64,000 bases of DNA from NCBI GenBank assembly GCA_023247445.1, contig JAHFGL010000008.1, positions 13,774-77,773 of the forward strand, read 5' to 3'. The notes under the pieces were generated by a model. That model was given only the letters and a program-made list of their open reading frames with translations. It ran no database searches and was not told the origin of the DNA. A program made the translations under genes and the position numbers. This stretch comes from Candidatus Omnitrophota bacterium (GTDB taxonomy: Bacteria > Omnitrophota > Gorgyraeia > Zapsychrales > Zapsychraceae). Of this stretch, positions 9,892-19,312 are shown in pieces (position 1 is the stretch's first letter; every line of letters starts with the position of its first letter).

Positions 9892-10985
9892 TGCAGAAAG
9901 CAAATGTTCTCATAACCGGTGGTGCAGGATTTATTGCCAGTCATTTGGTTGATCTTTTGGTTTCCCAGGGTCATACGGTTAGCATCATCGATAATTTTTC
10001 GACCGGAAGAAGAGAGAATCTCCTTCACCAAGAAGGTCAAGTGCATATCCTTGAAGCGGACATTACTGATTTCAATGCGATTTTCTCTTATTTTGCCGGT
10101 AAAGATATCGTTTTTCATCTGGCGGCTTTAGCCGATATTGTGCCATCTATCGTCAATCCGCGAGGGTATTATGCCTCGAATGTCATGGGAACGATGAATG
10201 TTGTTGAGGCGGCGCGGTTATGTGGTATTAAAAAAGTTGTATATGCGGCTTCATCATCCTGTTATGGTATCCCTACGGAAGAATTTTATCCCACTTCGGA
10301 AAAGGCGCCGAGTAGTCCGCAGTATCCCTATGCGTTGACGAAATATCTGGGTGAAAAAACTCTTCTTCATTGGGGAAAGGTTTATGATTTGGCGGTTATT
10401 TCTCTTCGGTTATTTAATGTGTATGGACCAAGATCAAGGACTTCAGGAACTTATGGTGCGGTTTTTGGCGTTTTTCTGGCGCAAAAATTGGATGGTAAGC
10501 CTTATACAGTTGTCGGCGATGGCAATCAGACCAGAGATTTTGTTTATGTTACGGATGTTGCCGAAGCATTTACCGTGGCCGCTTTTTCGAACGTCAAAAA
10601 TGAAATTTTCAACGTTGGAACGGGTGATCCGCAAAGTATTAATAAATTAGTCGCTCTTTTGGGAGGCAAAAAGGTTAATATTCCCAAACGTCCCGGAGAG
10701 CCCGACTGCACCTGGGCCGATATTCATAAAATTAAATCCATGTTAGGATGGCAGCCAAAGGTTTCTTTTGAAGAAGGCGTTGGAAAAATTTTGGAGCACA
10801 TTGATTATTGGAAGGAAGCTCCCGTTTGGACACCGGAAACAATTGAAAAGGCCACCGAAGAGTGGTTTAAATATTTGAATGGCCGGGAATTATCGACCAT
10901 TCATCCCGAGAAGCGAAGCGATGAGGGATCTACGCTTCGCGATCCTTTGCCATCCGGGCTTCAGGATGAACGCTTGGGTAAGTAA
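9888..10985 (+). CDS. NAD-dependent sugar-nucleotide epimerase/dehydratase (extended SDR)
   Basis: VLITGGAGFIASHLV Rossmann and YxxxK region. ATGATG start with ATGA overlap onto the upstream stop. Confidence 0.8.
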   Translation: MMQKANVLITGGAGFIASHLVDLLVSQGHTVSIIDNFSTGRRENLLHQEGQVHILEADITDFNAIFSYFAGKDIVFHLAALADIVPSIVNPRGYYASNVMGTMNVVEAARLCGIKKVVYAASSSCYGIPTEEFYPTSEKAPSSPQYPYALTKYLGEKTLLHWGKVYDLAVISLRLFNVYGPRSRTSGTYGAVFGVFLAQKLDGKPYTVVGDGNQTRDFVYVTDVAEAFTVAAFSNVKNEIFNVGTGDPQSINKLVALLGGKKVNIPKRPGEPDCTWADIHKIKSMLGWQPKVSFEEGVGKILEHIDYWKEAPVWTPETIEKATEEWFKYLNGRELSTIHPEKRSDEGSTLRDPLPSGLQDERLGK

Positions 10986-11014
10986 GTCTAATCCCGAGTG
11001 TTCAAAGGACTAAA

Positions 11015-12547
11015 ATGAATAACGGAATTCTAAAAAAAATACAATCACCAGAGAGATTGGCTAAAATCGTTGATGACCTCAAGAAAAAAGGGAAAAAGAT
11101 TGTTCTCTGTCATGGTGTGTTTGACATCGTTCATTTAGGACACATACGACATTTTAATCAAGCCAAACAAAACGGAGACATTCTTATCACCTCATTGACT
11201 AAGGATAAGTATGTCAAACGCGGGCCAGGACGTCCGTTCTTTAATGAGCGTCTGCGGGCTGAGACCTTGGCTTCGCTCGCTATGACCGATTATGTATCCA
11301 TGGTGGATTCACCGACCGCTGTGGATTTTATCAAAAAGGTTAAGCCTAATGTTTATGCCAAAGGCCCTGATTACAAAGCAAAGAATAAAGACGTCACGGG
11401 TAAAATATTTGATGAAGAAGATGCTATTGAAGCGGTGGGAGGAAGGCTTGTCTTTACCGATGATATCACATTCAGTTCCTCAAAACTCTTAAATGATTAT
11501 CTGGATGCGTATCCCGCGCGCACCGTTAAATACTTAAAGGCCATAAATAAGCGTTACACAATTGGCCAGATCGTTGAATCAATCGAGGCGTTAAAAAAAA
11601 TAAAAGTATTGGTGATTGGAGATGCCATCATCGACGAATATCATTACTGTTTCCCATTAGGCAAGTCATCCAAGGAGCATTTGGTTGTTAACCGTTACGA
11701 ATCGAAGGAAATGTTTGCCGGCGGTAGTTTGGCAACGGCTAATAACGCGGCGAGTGTCTGTGGTCAGGTAGATTTAGTGACGGTCCTGGGAAAAAAGAAA
11801 TCCTGCCAGGGCTTTATTGAAAATCATTTGAGTCTGAACGTCAGACCTAAATTTTTTTACCGCTTGGATACAGGAACAATCGTAAAAAGAAGATATGTCA
11901 GTAAGATACAAAATAGGAAGCTTTTTGAAATATGTTATATTAAAGATACGGATATTATTCAGAGCGAAGAAGATAAAATCATTGACCATCTTAAAAAAGT
12001 AATCAAAAATTATGACGTTGTGATCGTTTCCGATTATGGACATGGGTTTCTAACCAAGCGCATACGGGATTTAATTTGCTCCAAGGCCAGATATCTCGCC
12101 TTGAATGTTCAGACTAACAGCGCCAACATTGGATTTAATCTAGTGACAAAATACCCCAGGGCGGATTGCGTGTGCATTGATGAGTTAGAGTTGCGTTATG
12201 CCACTCACGAACGTTTTAGTGATCTGCGGGCGCATGCTAAGAAAGTGTATCAGCAGCTTAGATGCGAACATATCATCGCCACGCGCGGTTCATACGGGTC
12301 TTTGTGTTATTCGGTAAAAAATGGTTTTCATGAAACACCGGCCTTCTCCAGTCGTGTGGTAGACCCTATTGGGGCGGGGGATGCTTTTTTTGCTTTTATC
12401 GCCCCGTGTTTTGCCACCGGGATGCCGCAGGAATTGGTATCCTTTATCGGCAACGCCGTCGGTTCGCTGGCGGTGCAGATTGTTTGCAACCGCGAACCCG
12501 TAAAATCAGTGGATCTTATAAAGTTTATTACAAGATTATTAAAATGA
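11015..12547 (+). CDS. Bifunctional heptose-phosphate kinase/heptose-1-P nucleotidyltransferase, HldE(RfaE)-like with reversed domain order
   Basis: N-terminus LCHGVFDIVHLGHIRHF matches the HIGH-motif nucleotidyltransferase domain II of HldE. The C-terminal 330 aa is a PfkB-family carbohydrate kinase (VLVIGDAIIDEY...DPIGAGDAF). 510 aa. Confidence 0.7.
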   Translation: MNNGILKKIQSPERLAKIVDDLKKKGKKIVLCHGVFDIVHLGHIRHFNQAKQNGDILITSLTKDKYVKRGPGRPFFNERLRAETLASLAMTDYVSMVDSPTAVDFIKKVKPNVYAKGPDYKAKNKDVTGKIFDEEDAIEAVGGRLVFTDDITFSSSKLLNDYLDAYPARTVKYLKAINKRYTIGQIVESIEALKKIKVLVIGDAIIDEYHYCFPLGKSSKEHLVVNRYESKEMFAGGSLATANNAASVCGQVDLVTVLGKKKSCQGFIENHLSLNVRPKFFYRLDTGTIVKRRYVSKIQNRKLFEICYIKDTDIIQSEEDKIIDHLKKVIKNYDVVIVSDYGHGFLTKRIRDLICSKARYLALNVQTNSANIGFNLVTKYPRADCVCIDELELRYATHERFSDLRAHAKKVYQQLRCEHIIATRGSYGSLCYSVKNGFHETPAFSSRVVDPIGAGDAFFAFIAPCFATGMPQELVSFIGNAVGSLAVQIVCNREPVKSVDLIKFITRLLK

Positions 12548-12560
12548 AAGGTATCTCCCT

Positions 12561-13586
12561 ATGCGTAAATTGAATTCTGTTTTTGTGACCGGTGGGGCGG
12601 GATATGTCGGCGCCGTGCTGGTCCCGAAGTTATTAAAGAAAGGATACAAGGTTAAAGTTTTGGATTTATACACGTATGGGCTGGATGTCTTTGACGGTAT
12701 CGAGGATAAATCCAATCTTGAGGAAATTAAGGGGGATATTTGCGATGTAGATTTGTTGCAAAAAAGCCTGCGCGGTTGTGATAGTGTCATTCATTTGGCT
12801 TGTATTTCCAATGATCCGAGTTTTGAACTGAATCCCACGTTAAGCCGTAAAGTAAATTATGAAGCCTTTGAGCCGCTGGTACGTATCAGTAAAGAAAGCG
12901 GCGTGCGGCGTTTTATCTACGCTTCCACATGTAGTGTATACGGATTAAGTGATGCGGAAAATGTCACTGAGGATCATCCGCTGGTTCCTATCACGGATTA
13001 CAATAAATACAAAGGGTTATGTGAGCCTATCCTTTTTAAATACCAATCGCCGGAATTTACCGCTGTGACTATCCGGCCGGCCACTGTCTGCGGTTATTCT
13101 CCGCGGCAGCGATTTGACCTCACGGTCAACATTTTAACAAACCATGCGTATAACAACAATCATATCCTTGTCTTCGGCGGCAGTCAGGAGCGCCCGAATC
13201 TGCATATTGAAGATATGACGGATCTTTATGGCCTACTTCTGGAATTACCCGATGAAAAAATCGCCGGCAAGACCTACAACGCGGGTTATCAAAACCGCTC
13301 CGTTGCCGATATCGCTGAGATCGTTCGGCGTGTCATGGCCGAAGAATTGCCCGAGCGGCCCAAGATTACAGTTGAAACAAGACCTTCAGATGATATCCGC
13401 TCTTACCGCATTTCTTCAGAGAAGATAAAACGTGAATTAAATTTTGTCCCGCGGCACACAATTGAAGACGCGGTGCGGGATCTGATTAAAGCATTTAAGG
13501 CCGGTAAGTTTCAAGATTCCCTAAACAATATCCGGTATTTTAATATTAAAACGCTCAAATCAACGGAACCCCAATGCGCTGTCTAA
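12561..13586 (+). CDS. NAD-dependent epimerase/dehydratase (SDR)
   Basis: VFVTGGAGYVGAVLV. 341 aa. Confidence 0.75.
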   Translation: MRKLNSVFVTGGAGYVGAVLVPKLLKKGYKVKVLDLYTYGLDVFDGIEDKSNLEEIKGDICDVDLLQKSLRGCDSVIHLACISNDPSFELNPTLSRKVNYEAFEPLVRISKESGVRRFIYASTCSVYGLSDAENVTEDHPLVPITDYNKYKGLCEPILFKYQSPEFTAVTIRPATVCGYSPRQRFDLTVNILTNHAYNNNHILVFGGSQERPNLHIEDMTDLYGLLLELPDEKIAGKTYNAGYQNRSVADIAEIVRRVMAEELPERPKITVETRPSDDIRSYRISSEKIKRELNFVPRHTIEDAVRDLIKAFKAGKFQDSLNNIRYFNIKTLKSTEPQCAV

Positions 13587-14689
13587 TGAATATTCCTTAC
13601 GTGGATTTGGCCGAACAGCATACTTCCATTAAAGACGAATTACTAAACGCTGTGGCCAAAGTTTTAGATCATGGAAAATTTATTTTAGGAGAAGAGGTCG
13701 CCGAATTTGAAGAGCGTTTTGCTCAATTATGCGGCGTACAATATGCGGTGGGACTTAATTCGGGGACAGATGCGCTCATTTTAGCTTTACGGGCGCTTGG
13801 CATCGGTTCCGGGGATGAGGTCATTACGGCGGCCAATTCGTTTGTTTCTTCGGCAAGTTGCATTGTGTGTGCGGGTGCCAAGCCCATTTTTGTGGATGTC
13901 GGTGAAGATTATTTGATGGATCCCGCCTTAATTGAAAAAACGATCACGTCCAAGACAAAAGCGTTGTTGCCAGTCCATTGGACAGGTCGTCCGGGGGATA
14001 TGGAGGCTATTAAGACAATTGCTAAAAAATATAAATTAGCCGTCATTGAAGATTGTGCGCAGGCGGTAAATGCCGAGTATCAGGGACAAAAGGTTGGTTC
14101 ATTCGGCGATGCGGGCTGTTTTAGTCTGCATCCCCTTAAGACACTTAATGCCTGCGGCGATGGGGGAGTGCTTACAACTAACCGCCATGATCTTTATGAG
14201 AAAATATTGACGCTGCGGGATAATGGATTTTACCGGCGCAATGAGTGTGTTTCTTGGAGCAATAATTCCCGTCTTGATACAATTCAGGCGGCGATGTTAC
14301 TTGTCAAATTAAATTATCTGGAAAAATGGACGGAGCAACGGCGAAAGAATGCCCGCTTTTATCAACAGCATCTCAAGGATATATCCGGAATACAGTTGCC
14401 GCCTGAAGAAAAAGATATGCGCGCTGTTTATCATACGCTTATCATTCAGGCCGACCGCCGGGATGAATTACAGGCATTTCTCACCGAGCAGGGGATTGGG
14501 ACTAAGGTTCACTACGCTGTACCGATTCATCTGCAGCCGGTGGCTAAAGAATTGGGATATAAAGTGGGAAGCCTGCCAGTGACTGAGCGTCAGGCGGCCA
14601 GGGTTTTGAGTCTGCCGGTTTCTCAATCGTTGCAGCCGGAAATGCTGGAATATGTTGTTAATGCCATACGAGAATTCTACAAAAAATAA
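13574..14689 (+). CDS. DegT/DnrJ/EryC1/StrS family PLP-dependent sugar aminotransferase
   Basis: Typical family architecture with conserved Lys region (SFGDAGCFSLHPLKTL). 371 aa. Confidence 0.8.
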   Translation: MRCLMNIPYVDLAEQHTSIKDELLNAVAKVLDHGKFILGEEVAEFEERFAQLCGVQYAVGLNSGTDALILALRALGIGSGDEVITAANSFVSSASCIVCAGAKPIFVDVGEDYLMDPALIEKTITSKTKALLPVHWTGRPGDMEAIKTIAKKYKLAVIEDCAQAVNAEYQGQKVGSFGDAGCFSLHPLKTLNACGDGGVLTTNRHDLYEKILTLRDNGFYRRNECVSWSNNSRLDTIQAAMLLVKLNYLEKWTEQRRKNARFYQQHLKDISGIQLPPEEKDMRAVYHTLIIQADRRDELQAFLTEQGIGTKVHYAVPIHLQPVAKELGYKVGSLPVTERQAARVLSLPVSQSLQPEMLEYVVNAIREFYKK

Positions 14690-14697
14690 GGGAAATT

Positions 14698-15846
14698 ATG
14701 AACGTACCCTACTCTTATCTTGATGAACAGTTTGCTCAAATTGACGATTACCTTCAGGATGTCCGTAGATTGGTGCAAAGCGGCGATTTTACCTTGGGTC
14801 AAGCGGTGATGGAGTTTGAAGAACGTTTCGCCAAATTGTGCGGTTTGCCATATGCTATTGGTGTCGGGTCCGGTACGGATGCGCTTATCCTCTCTTTAAA
14901 AATTTTAGGGATCGGGCCTGGGGATGAAGTGATTACAACACCCAATACGTTTATCTCAACGGTGGGCGCTATCGCGATGACCGGAGCCCGTCCGGTTTTT
15001 GTCGATAACAATGACGAATACACCATTGATGTCAATCAAATTGAAAAGGCCATTACCTCGAAAACAAAGGCGATCTTGCCTGTGCATTTAACGGGCTGTC
15101 CAGCGGATATGCCGCGGATTATGGACACAGCCAAGAAGCATAAATTGCTTGTCGTGGAAGATGCCGCGCAGGCGATTCTTGCCAAAATCAACGGTAAACA
15201 CGTGGGTTCATGGGGTAAGACGGCCTGCTTTAGTCTGCACCCGCTAAAAAATTTAAATGTTTGGGGGGATGGCGGTGTCATCGTTACGCGTTCGGCTGAG
15301 CTGTGCCGGAAGTTAAAATTATTCCGTAACCATGGGATGACGACTCGCGATGAGATCGAGATGTTTTCACACAATTCTCGCCTGGATTCACTGCAGGCCG
15401 TGATTGGCAATCGGTTGATTAATGAGGTGGAGGATATCACTCAAAAACGCATCGCCAACGCCCGGCAATATGATGAAGCGTTCAAGGATATGAAAGAGTA
15501 CATCACTATTCCTCAACGGTATCCCAGCATTCAGCAGGTTTACCATACCTATGTGCTGCGGGTGAAGAACCGTGACGCGCTTTTGAATCATCTGATTGAA
15601 CGCGGAATTAAGGTCAAAATTCATTATCCCATTCCCGTGCATCTGCAGAAAGCGGCCTCGTATCTGGGTTATAAAAAAGGTGATTTCCCCGTTTGTGAGA
15701 AAGATTCTCAGGCGATTATTAGTTTGCCCGTACATCAGCATCTGACAGCTCAGCAAATAAATTATGTGATTGATTGCGCGCGGGAGTTTTACATTAAGCA
15801 CGACACTAGGAGAACCGCGGACAATGCGTTGTATACTCGGGGTTGA
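14698..15846 (+). CDS. DegT/DnrJ/EryC1/StrS family sugar aminotransferase (tandem paralogue)
   Basis: SWGKTACFSLHPLKNL. About 40% identical to the previous ORF by eye. 382 aa. Confidence 0.8.
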   Translation: MNVPYSYLDEQFAQIDDYLQDVRRLVQSGDFTLGQAVMEFEERFAKLCGLPYAIGVGSGTDALILSLKILGIGPGDEVITTPNTFISTVGAIAMTGARPVFVDNNDEYTIDVNQIEKAITSKTKAILPVHLTGCPADMPRIMDTAKKHKLLVVEDAAQAILAKINGKHVGSWGKTACFSLHPLKNLNVWGDGGVIVTRSAELCRKLKLFRNHGMTTRDEIEMFSHNSRLDSLQAVIGNRLINEVEDITQKRIANARQYDEAFKDMKEYITIPQRYPSIQQVYHTYVLRVKNRDALLNHLIERGIKVKIHYPIPVHLQKAASYLGYKKGDFPVCEKDSQAIISLPVHQHLTAQQINYVIDCAREFYIKHDTRRTADNALYTRG

Positions 15847-16474
15847 TTTTGATAATACCGTTGTTAATTACGACGATGTTCTGTTTAAAACAGCCATGCA
15901 TCTGGGTTTCATCGATTCTAGTGCGGCTAAGGGTAAGAAAAATATCCGTGATTGTATCCGTCAGTTACCAGGAGGGGAAATTAAATGGCAGAAATTACAG
16001 GCGTATGTCTATGGCAAAGCGATGGATGAGGCGATATTAATAGACGGGGTGCGAGAGTTTTTTAATTCTTGCCGGCGGGAGAGTGTCCGCGCTTACATCG
16101 TCAGTCATAAGACTGAATTTGCCGCTTTAGGTATCGAGAAGATCAATTTGAGGGAAACAGCGTTAAATTGGATGAGAAAAAATAATTTCTTCGAAGAGAA
16201 AGGATTGGGGATTTCTGCGGATATGGTGTATTTCGAAGCCAGCCGCTTAGCGAAGATTGAACGCGTTAAACAGTTAGGATGCACGCATTTTATTGATGAC
16301 CTAGAAGAGACGTTTGGTGAAGAGGCGTTCCCAGCGAATATTCATAAAATACTTTATTCTTCTCATCATCATCCTGACGTCGATGTTTGGTCGGCTGATG
16401 CTAAGCCCAATGGTGTAACCGTCATGCGTAATTGGAGGGAGATTTATGACTATTTCTTTAATAAAAGAAGATAG
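15824..16474 (+). CDS. HAD-superfamily hydrolase/phosphatase
   Basis: ILGVDFDNTVV DxD motif at the N-terminus. ATG 15824 preceded by AGGAGA. The track ORF starts at 15770. Confidence 0.5.
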   Translation: MRCILGVDFDNTVVNYDDVLFKTAMHLGFIDSSAAKGKKNIRDCIRQLPGGEIKWQKLQAYVYGKAMDEAILIDGVREFFNSCRRESVRAYIVSHKTEFAALGIEKINLRETALNWMRKNNFFEEKGLGISADMVYFEASRLAKIERVKQLGCTHFIDDLEETFGEEAFPANIHKILYSSHHHPDVDVWSADAKPNGVTVMRNWREIYDYFFNKRR

Positions 16475-17537
16475 CCGGACTATTTCAGAAATCCAAAATT
16501 TGGCGTCGCAGATGCTCAACAGCAGTGTTATTTTAGCCGAGCGTTTCGGTAACGGATCAAATAGCCGGGTATTCCGGCTTCTATGCACCGATTCCAAACA
16601 GTATGTGGCCAAATTTTATTTCCATCATCCGACTGATCCAAGAGACCGTTTAAATATCGAATATTCCAGCTTTTCTTTTTTAAAGGCTCAGGGTATCACG
16701 AATGTCCCTCATCCTATTATTTTGAATCAGGAGGAATCCTGCGCGATTTATGAATTTATTGAAGGGGAGAAAATCTCTTCCGAAAGTGTCACTGCCGAAA
16801 CGATCACCTCAGCCGTCGATTTTCTAGTAAAACTTAAAGAATTGAAAAAAAATCCGCAAAGCCAGAATTTACCACCGGCTTCGGAAGCGTGTTTTTCAAT
16901 TCAAGCGATTATTGACAACATTCTAGAACGGTTGAATCGATTATATAAATTGCCGGAAGAGACAGAAGGCTACGGTGAGTTTAAGTCTTTTCTTATAAGT
17001 GGCATTAGACCATTTCTAAATATCCTCCGGGAATGGGTGCATCGAAGAGCTGTCCAATTGCATATCCCTTTTAATACCGAGATACCATTCGGGCAAAGGA
17101 CATTAAGTCCATCGGACTTCGGATTTCATAATGCCGTTCGGGACAAAAATGGCCGTATCGTTTTTTTTGATTTTGAATATTTCGGCTGGGATGATCCGGC
17201 GAAACTGATTTGTGATTTTCTCCTTCATCCGGCTATGACATTAAGTGATGAGATAAAGAAGACATTTATTCTAGCTATGGCAGAAAGCTTTAAAGAAAAC
17301 GAACAGTTGATCAAGCGCGTGGCATTAATCTATCCTTTTTTGGGTATAAAATGGTGTTTGATATTTCTAAATGAATTTATTCCTGATGACTTTTCTCGGC
17401 GACTTTACGCCGCGGGCGGCCCCCTTGATCGCGCTAGTGTACGTCAAGAACAATTGTTAAAGGCAAGGAATTTGTATCGCAGGATTAAAGAAACGTATCA
17501 AGATTTTCCTTATCAAAAAGGACATAAATGGCTTTAG
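16446..17537 (+). CDS. Aminoglycoside-phosphotransferase/choline-kinase-fold small-molecule kinase
   Basis: HNAVRDKNGRIVFFDFEYFGWDDP is the catalytic-loop and DFG-like motif of the APH fold. 363 aa. Confidence 0.5.
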   Translation: MTISLIKEDSRTISEIQNLASQMLNSSVILAERFGNGSNSRVFRLLCTDSKQYVAKFYFHHPTDPRDRLNIEYSSFSFLKAQGITNVPHPIILNQEESCAIYEFIEGEKISSESVTAETITSAVDFLVKLKELKKNPQSQNLPPASEACFSIQAIIDNILERLNRLYKLPEETEGYGEFKSFLISGIRPFLNILREWVHRRAVQLHIPFNTEIPFGQRTLSPSDFGFHNAVRDKNGRIVFFDFEYFGWDDPAKLICDFLLHPAMTLSDEIKKTFILAMAESFKENEQLIKRVALIYPFLGIKWCLIFLNEFIPDDFSRRLYAAGGPLDRASVRQEQLLKARNLYRRIKETYQDFPYQKGHKWL

Positions 17538-18334
17538 ACCAAAGGTCAAAATATTTACGCCGAAGGATCATCGAAACACTCAATGCCGTGCGGCGCGGCC
17601 ATGTGGGAGCGGCTTTATCGCTTGTCGAGATTCTGCGCGTGCTTTACGATGATGTGCTGCATTACGATATTAATAATCCAAAATGGCCGCAGCGGGATCG
17701 CTGTATTTTAAGTAAAGGGCACGGTTGTTTGGCTCTTTATGTGGTTTTGGTGGATAAAGGATTCTTTGCCCAAGAAGAATTGTGGAAATTTTGCGAATCC
17801 GATGGGATTCTCGGTGGACACCCTGAAATTAAAGTGCCGGGAGTAGAGGCTTCCACGGGAAGTTTGGGTCATGGTTTTCCTATTGGTGTGGGATTTGCTT
17901 TAAACGCAAAATATGAGAAGGTAGATTATCGCACGTTTGTCGTTATAGGCGATGGCGAATGTAATGAAGGCTCGATATGGGAAGCGGCGATGTGTGCCAG
18001 TAAGCATAGATTGGATAATCTCATTGTTATTGTAGACCATAATCAATATCAGTCCTATGGACCCACATGTGGGGTCTTGAATTTGGAGCCTTTTGCGGAG
18101 AAATGGAAGGCCTTTGGGTTTGCCGTCGAAGAAGTGGATGGACATGATGTCGGTGCCATGCGCTCTGTTTTGGGGAGGGTTCCTCTTCAAGCAAATAAAC
18201 CAACAGTGATCATTTGTCATACACTTAAAGGCAAGGGGATACGTTGCACCGAAGGTAATTTAAAATGGCATCACAAAAGCGGGATCAGCGATGAAGAAAT
18301 TCAGCAGCTTTACGAAGCGCTGGAGGTGTCTTAA
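17528..18334 (+). CDS. Transketolase, N-terminal (ThDP-binding) subunit
   Basis: GHPEIKVPGVEASTGSLGHGFPIGVGFA and GDGECNEGSIWEA motifs. 268 aa, split form. Confidence 0.8.
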   Translation: MALDQRSKYLRRRIIETLNAVRRGHVGAALSLVEILRVLYDDVLHYDINNPKWPQRDRCILSKGHGCLALYVVLVDKGFFAQEELWKFCESDGILGGHPEIKVPGVEASTGSLGHGFPIGVGFALNAKYEKVDYRTFVVIGDGECNEGSIWEAAMCASKHRLDNLIVIVDHNQYQSYGPTCGVLNLEPFAEKWKAFGFAVEEVDGHDVGAMRSVLGRVPLQANKPTVIICHTLKGKGIRCTEGNLKWHHKSGISDEEIQQLYEALEVS

Positions 18335-19299
18335 TGCGTAAAATGTGTCTGGAAATGGTTTATGAATTGGCTCAAAAAGACGAGCGTGTTTTTTTTATCG
18401 GTTCGGATCTGGGTGTAGGAACGTTACAAAAATTTAAAAATGAAATGCCGGAGCGATTTTTTATGGAAGGAATTAGTGAAGCTAATATCATCGGTATGGC
18501 CGCCGGTTTGGCTATGGAAGGAAAAATTCCTTACGTAAATACAATTGCCACCTTTTTAACCCGACGCTGTTTCGAGCAAGTTGTGGTTGATTTGGGATTG
18601 CACAATTTGAATGTCCGTCTTTTAGGAAATGGCGGTGGGCTGGTATATGCACCTTTGGGACCAACCCATGAAGCGATCGATGACCTGGCTATTTTACGAA
18701 CGATTCCGAATATGACCGTTATTGCACCCTGTGATGCTAACGAAATGCACCGTGCTATGCTGCAAACGCTCGATTATCAAGGCCCGATCTATCTGCGCGT
18801 TGCCAAGGGCAATGATCCGATTGTCTCAAGAGACGATATTGCGTTTAAAATCGGCAAGGCACTTTTAATGAGTCCCGGATCGGATGCGCTTATTCTCACA
18901 ACAGGGACCACCTTAAGAATGGGTTTAGAGGCCTCGGCAATATTAAAAAAACGAGGATTAGAGGTGGGGGTTGTACATGTTCCAACCATCAAGCCATTGG
19001 ATAAGAGAACCCTCTTAGAATGTATGGAAAAAATACCGATTGTTGTTACCATTGAGGAGCATAGTGTTATCGGCGGGTTAGGGGGAGCTGTCGCTGAGAT
19101 TATGGCTGAAGCCAATTTTTCATCGGCAAAATATTTTAAACGCGTGGGGATTCCCGATGTTTTTCCTGACCAATATGGTTCTCAGGCGAGCTTGATGGAG
19201 TATTTCGGGATTACGACGGAGAATGTAGTTTCGATTATTCATCGATTCAATCAATCAGAAAAATCACAACAAATATTTGAACAGGAATTTGTTAAATAA
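18334..19299 (+). CDS. Transketolase, C-terminal (pyrimidine-binding) subunit
   Basis: EGISEANIIGMAAGLA. 321 aa. ATGA-type junction with the N-terminal subunit. Confidence 0.8.
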   Translation: MRKMCLEMVYELAQKDERVFFIGSDLGVGTLQKFKNEMPERFFMEGISEANIIGMAAGLAMEGKIPYVNTIATFLTRRCFEQVVVDLGLHNLNVRLLGNGGGLVYAPLGPTHEAIDDLAILRTIPNMTVIAPCDANEMHRAMLQTLDYQGPIYLRVAKGNDPIVSRDDIAFKIGKALLMSPGSDALILTTGTTLRMGLEASAILKKRGLEVGVVHVPTIKPLDKRTLLECMEKIPIVVTIEEHSVIGGLGGAVAEIMAEANFSSAKYFKRVGIPDVFPDQYGSQASLMEYFGITTENVVSIIHRFNQSEKSQQIFEQEFVK

Positions 19300-19312
19300 C
19301 AAGGGGGGAACG

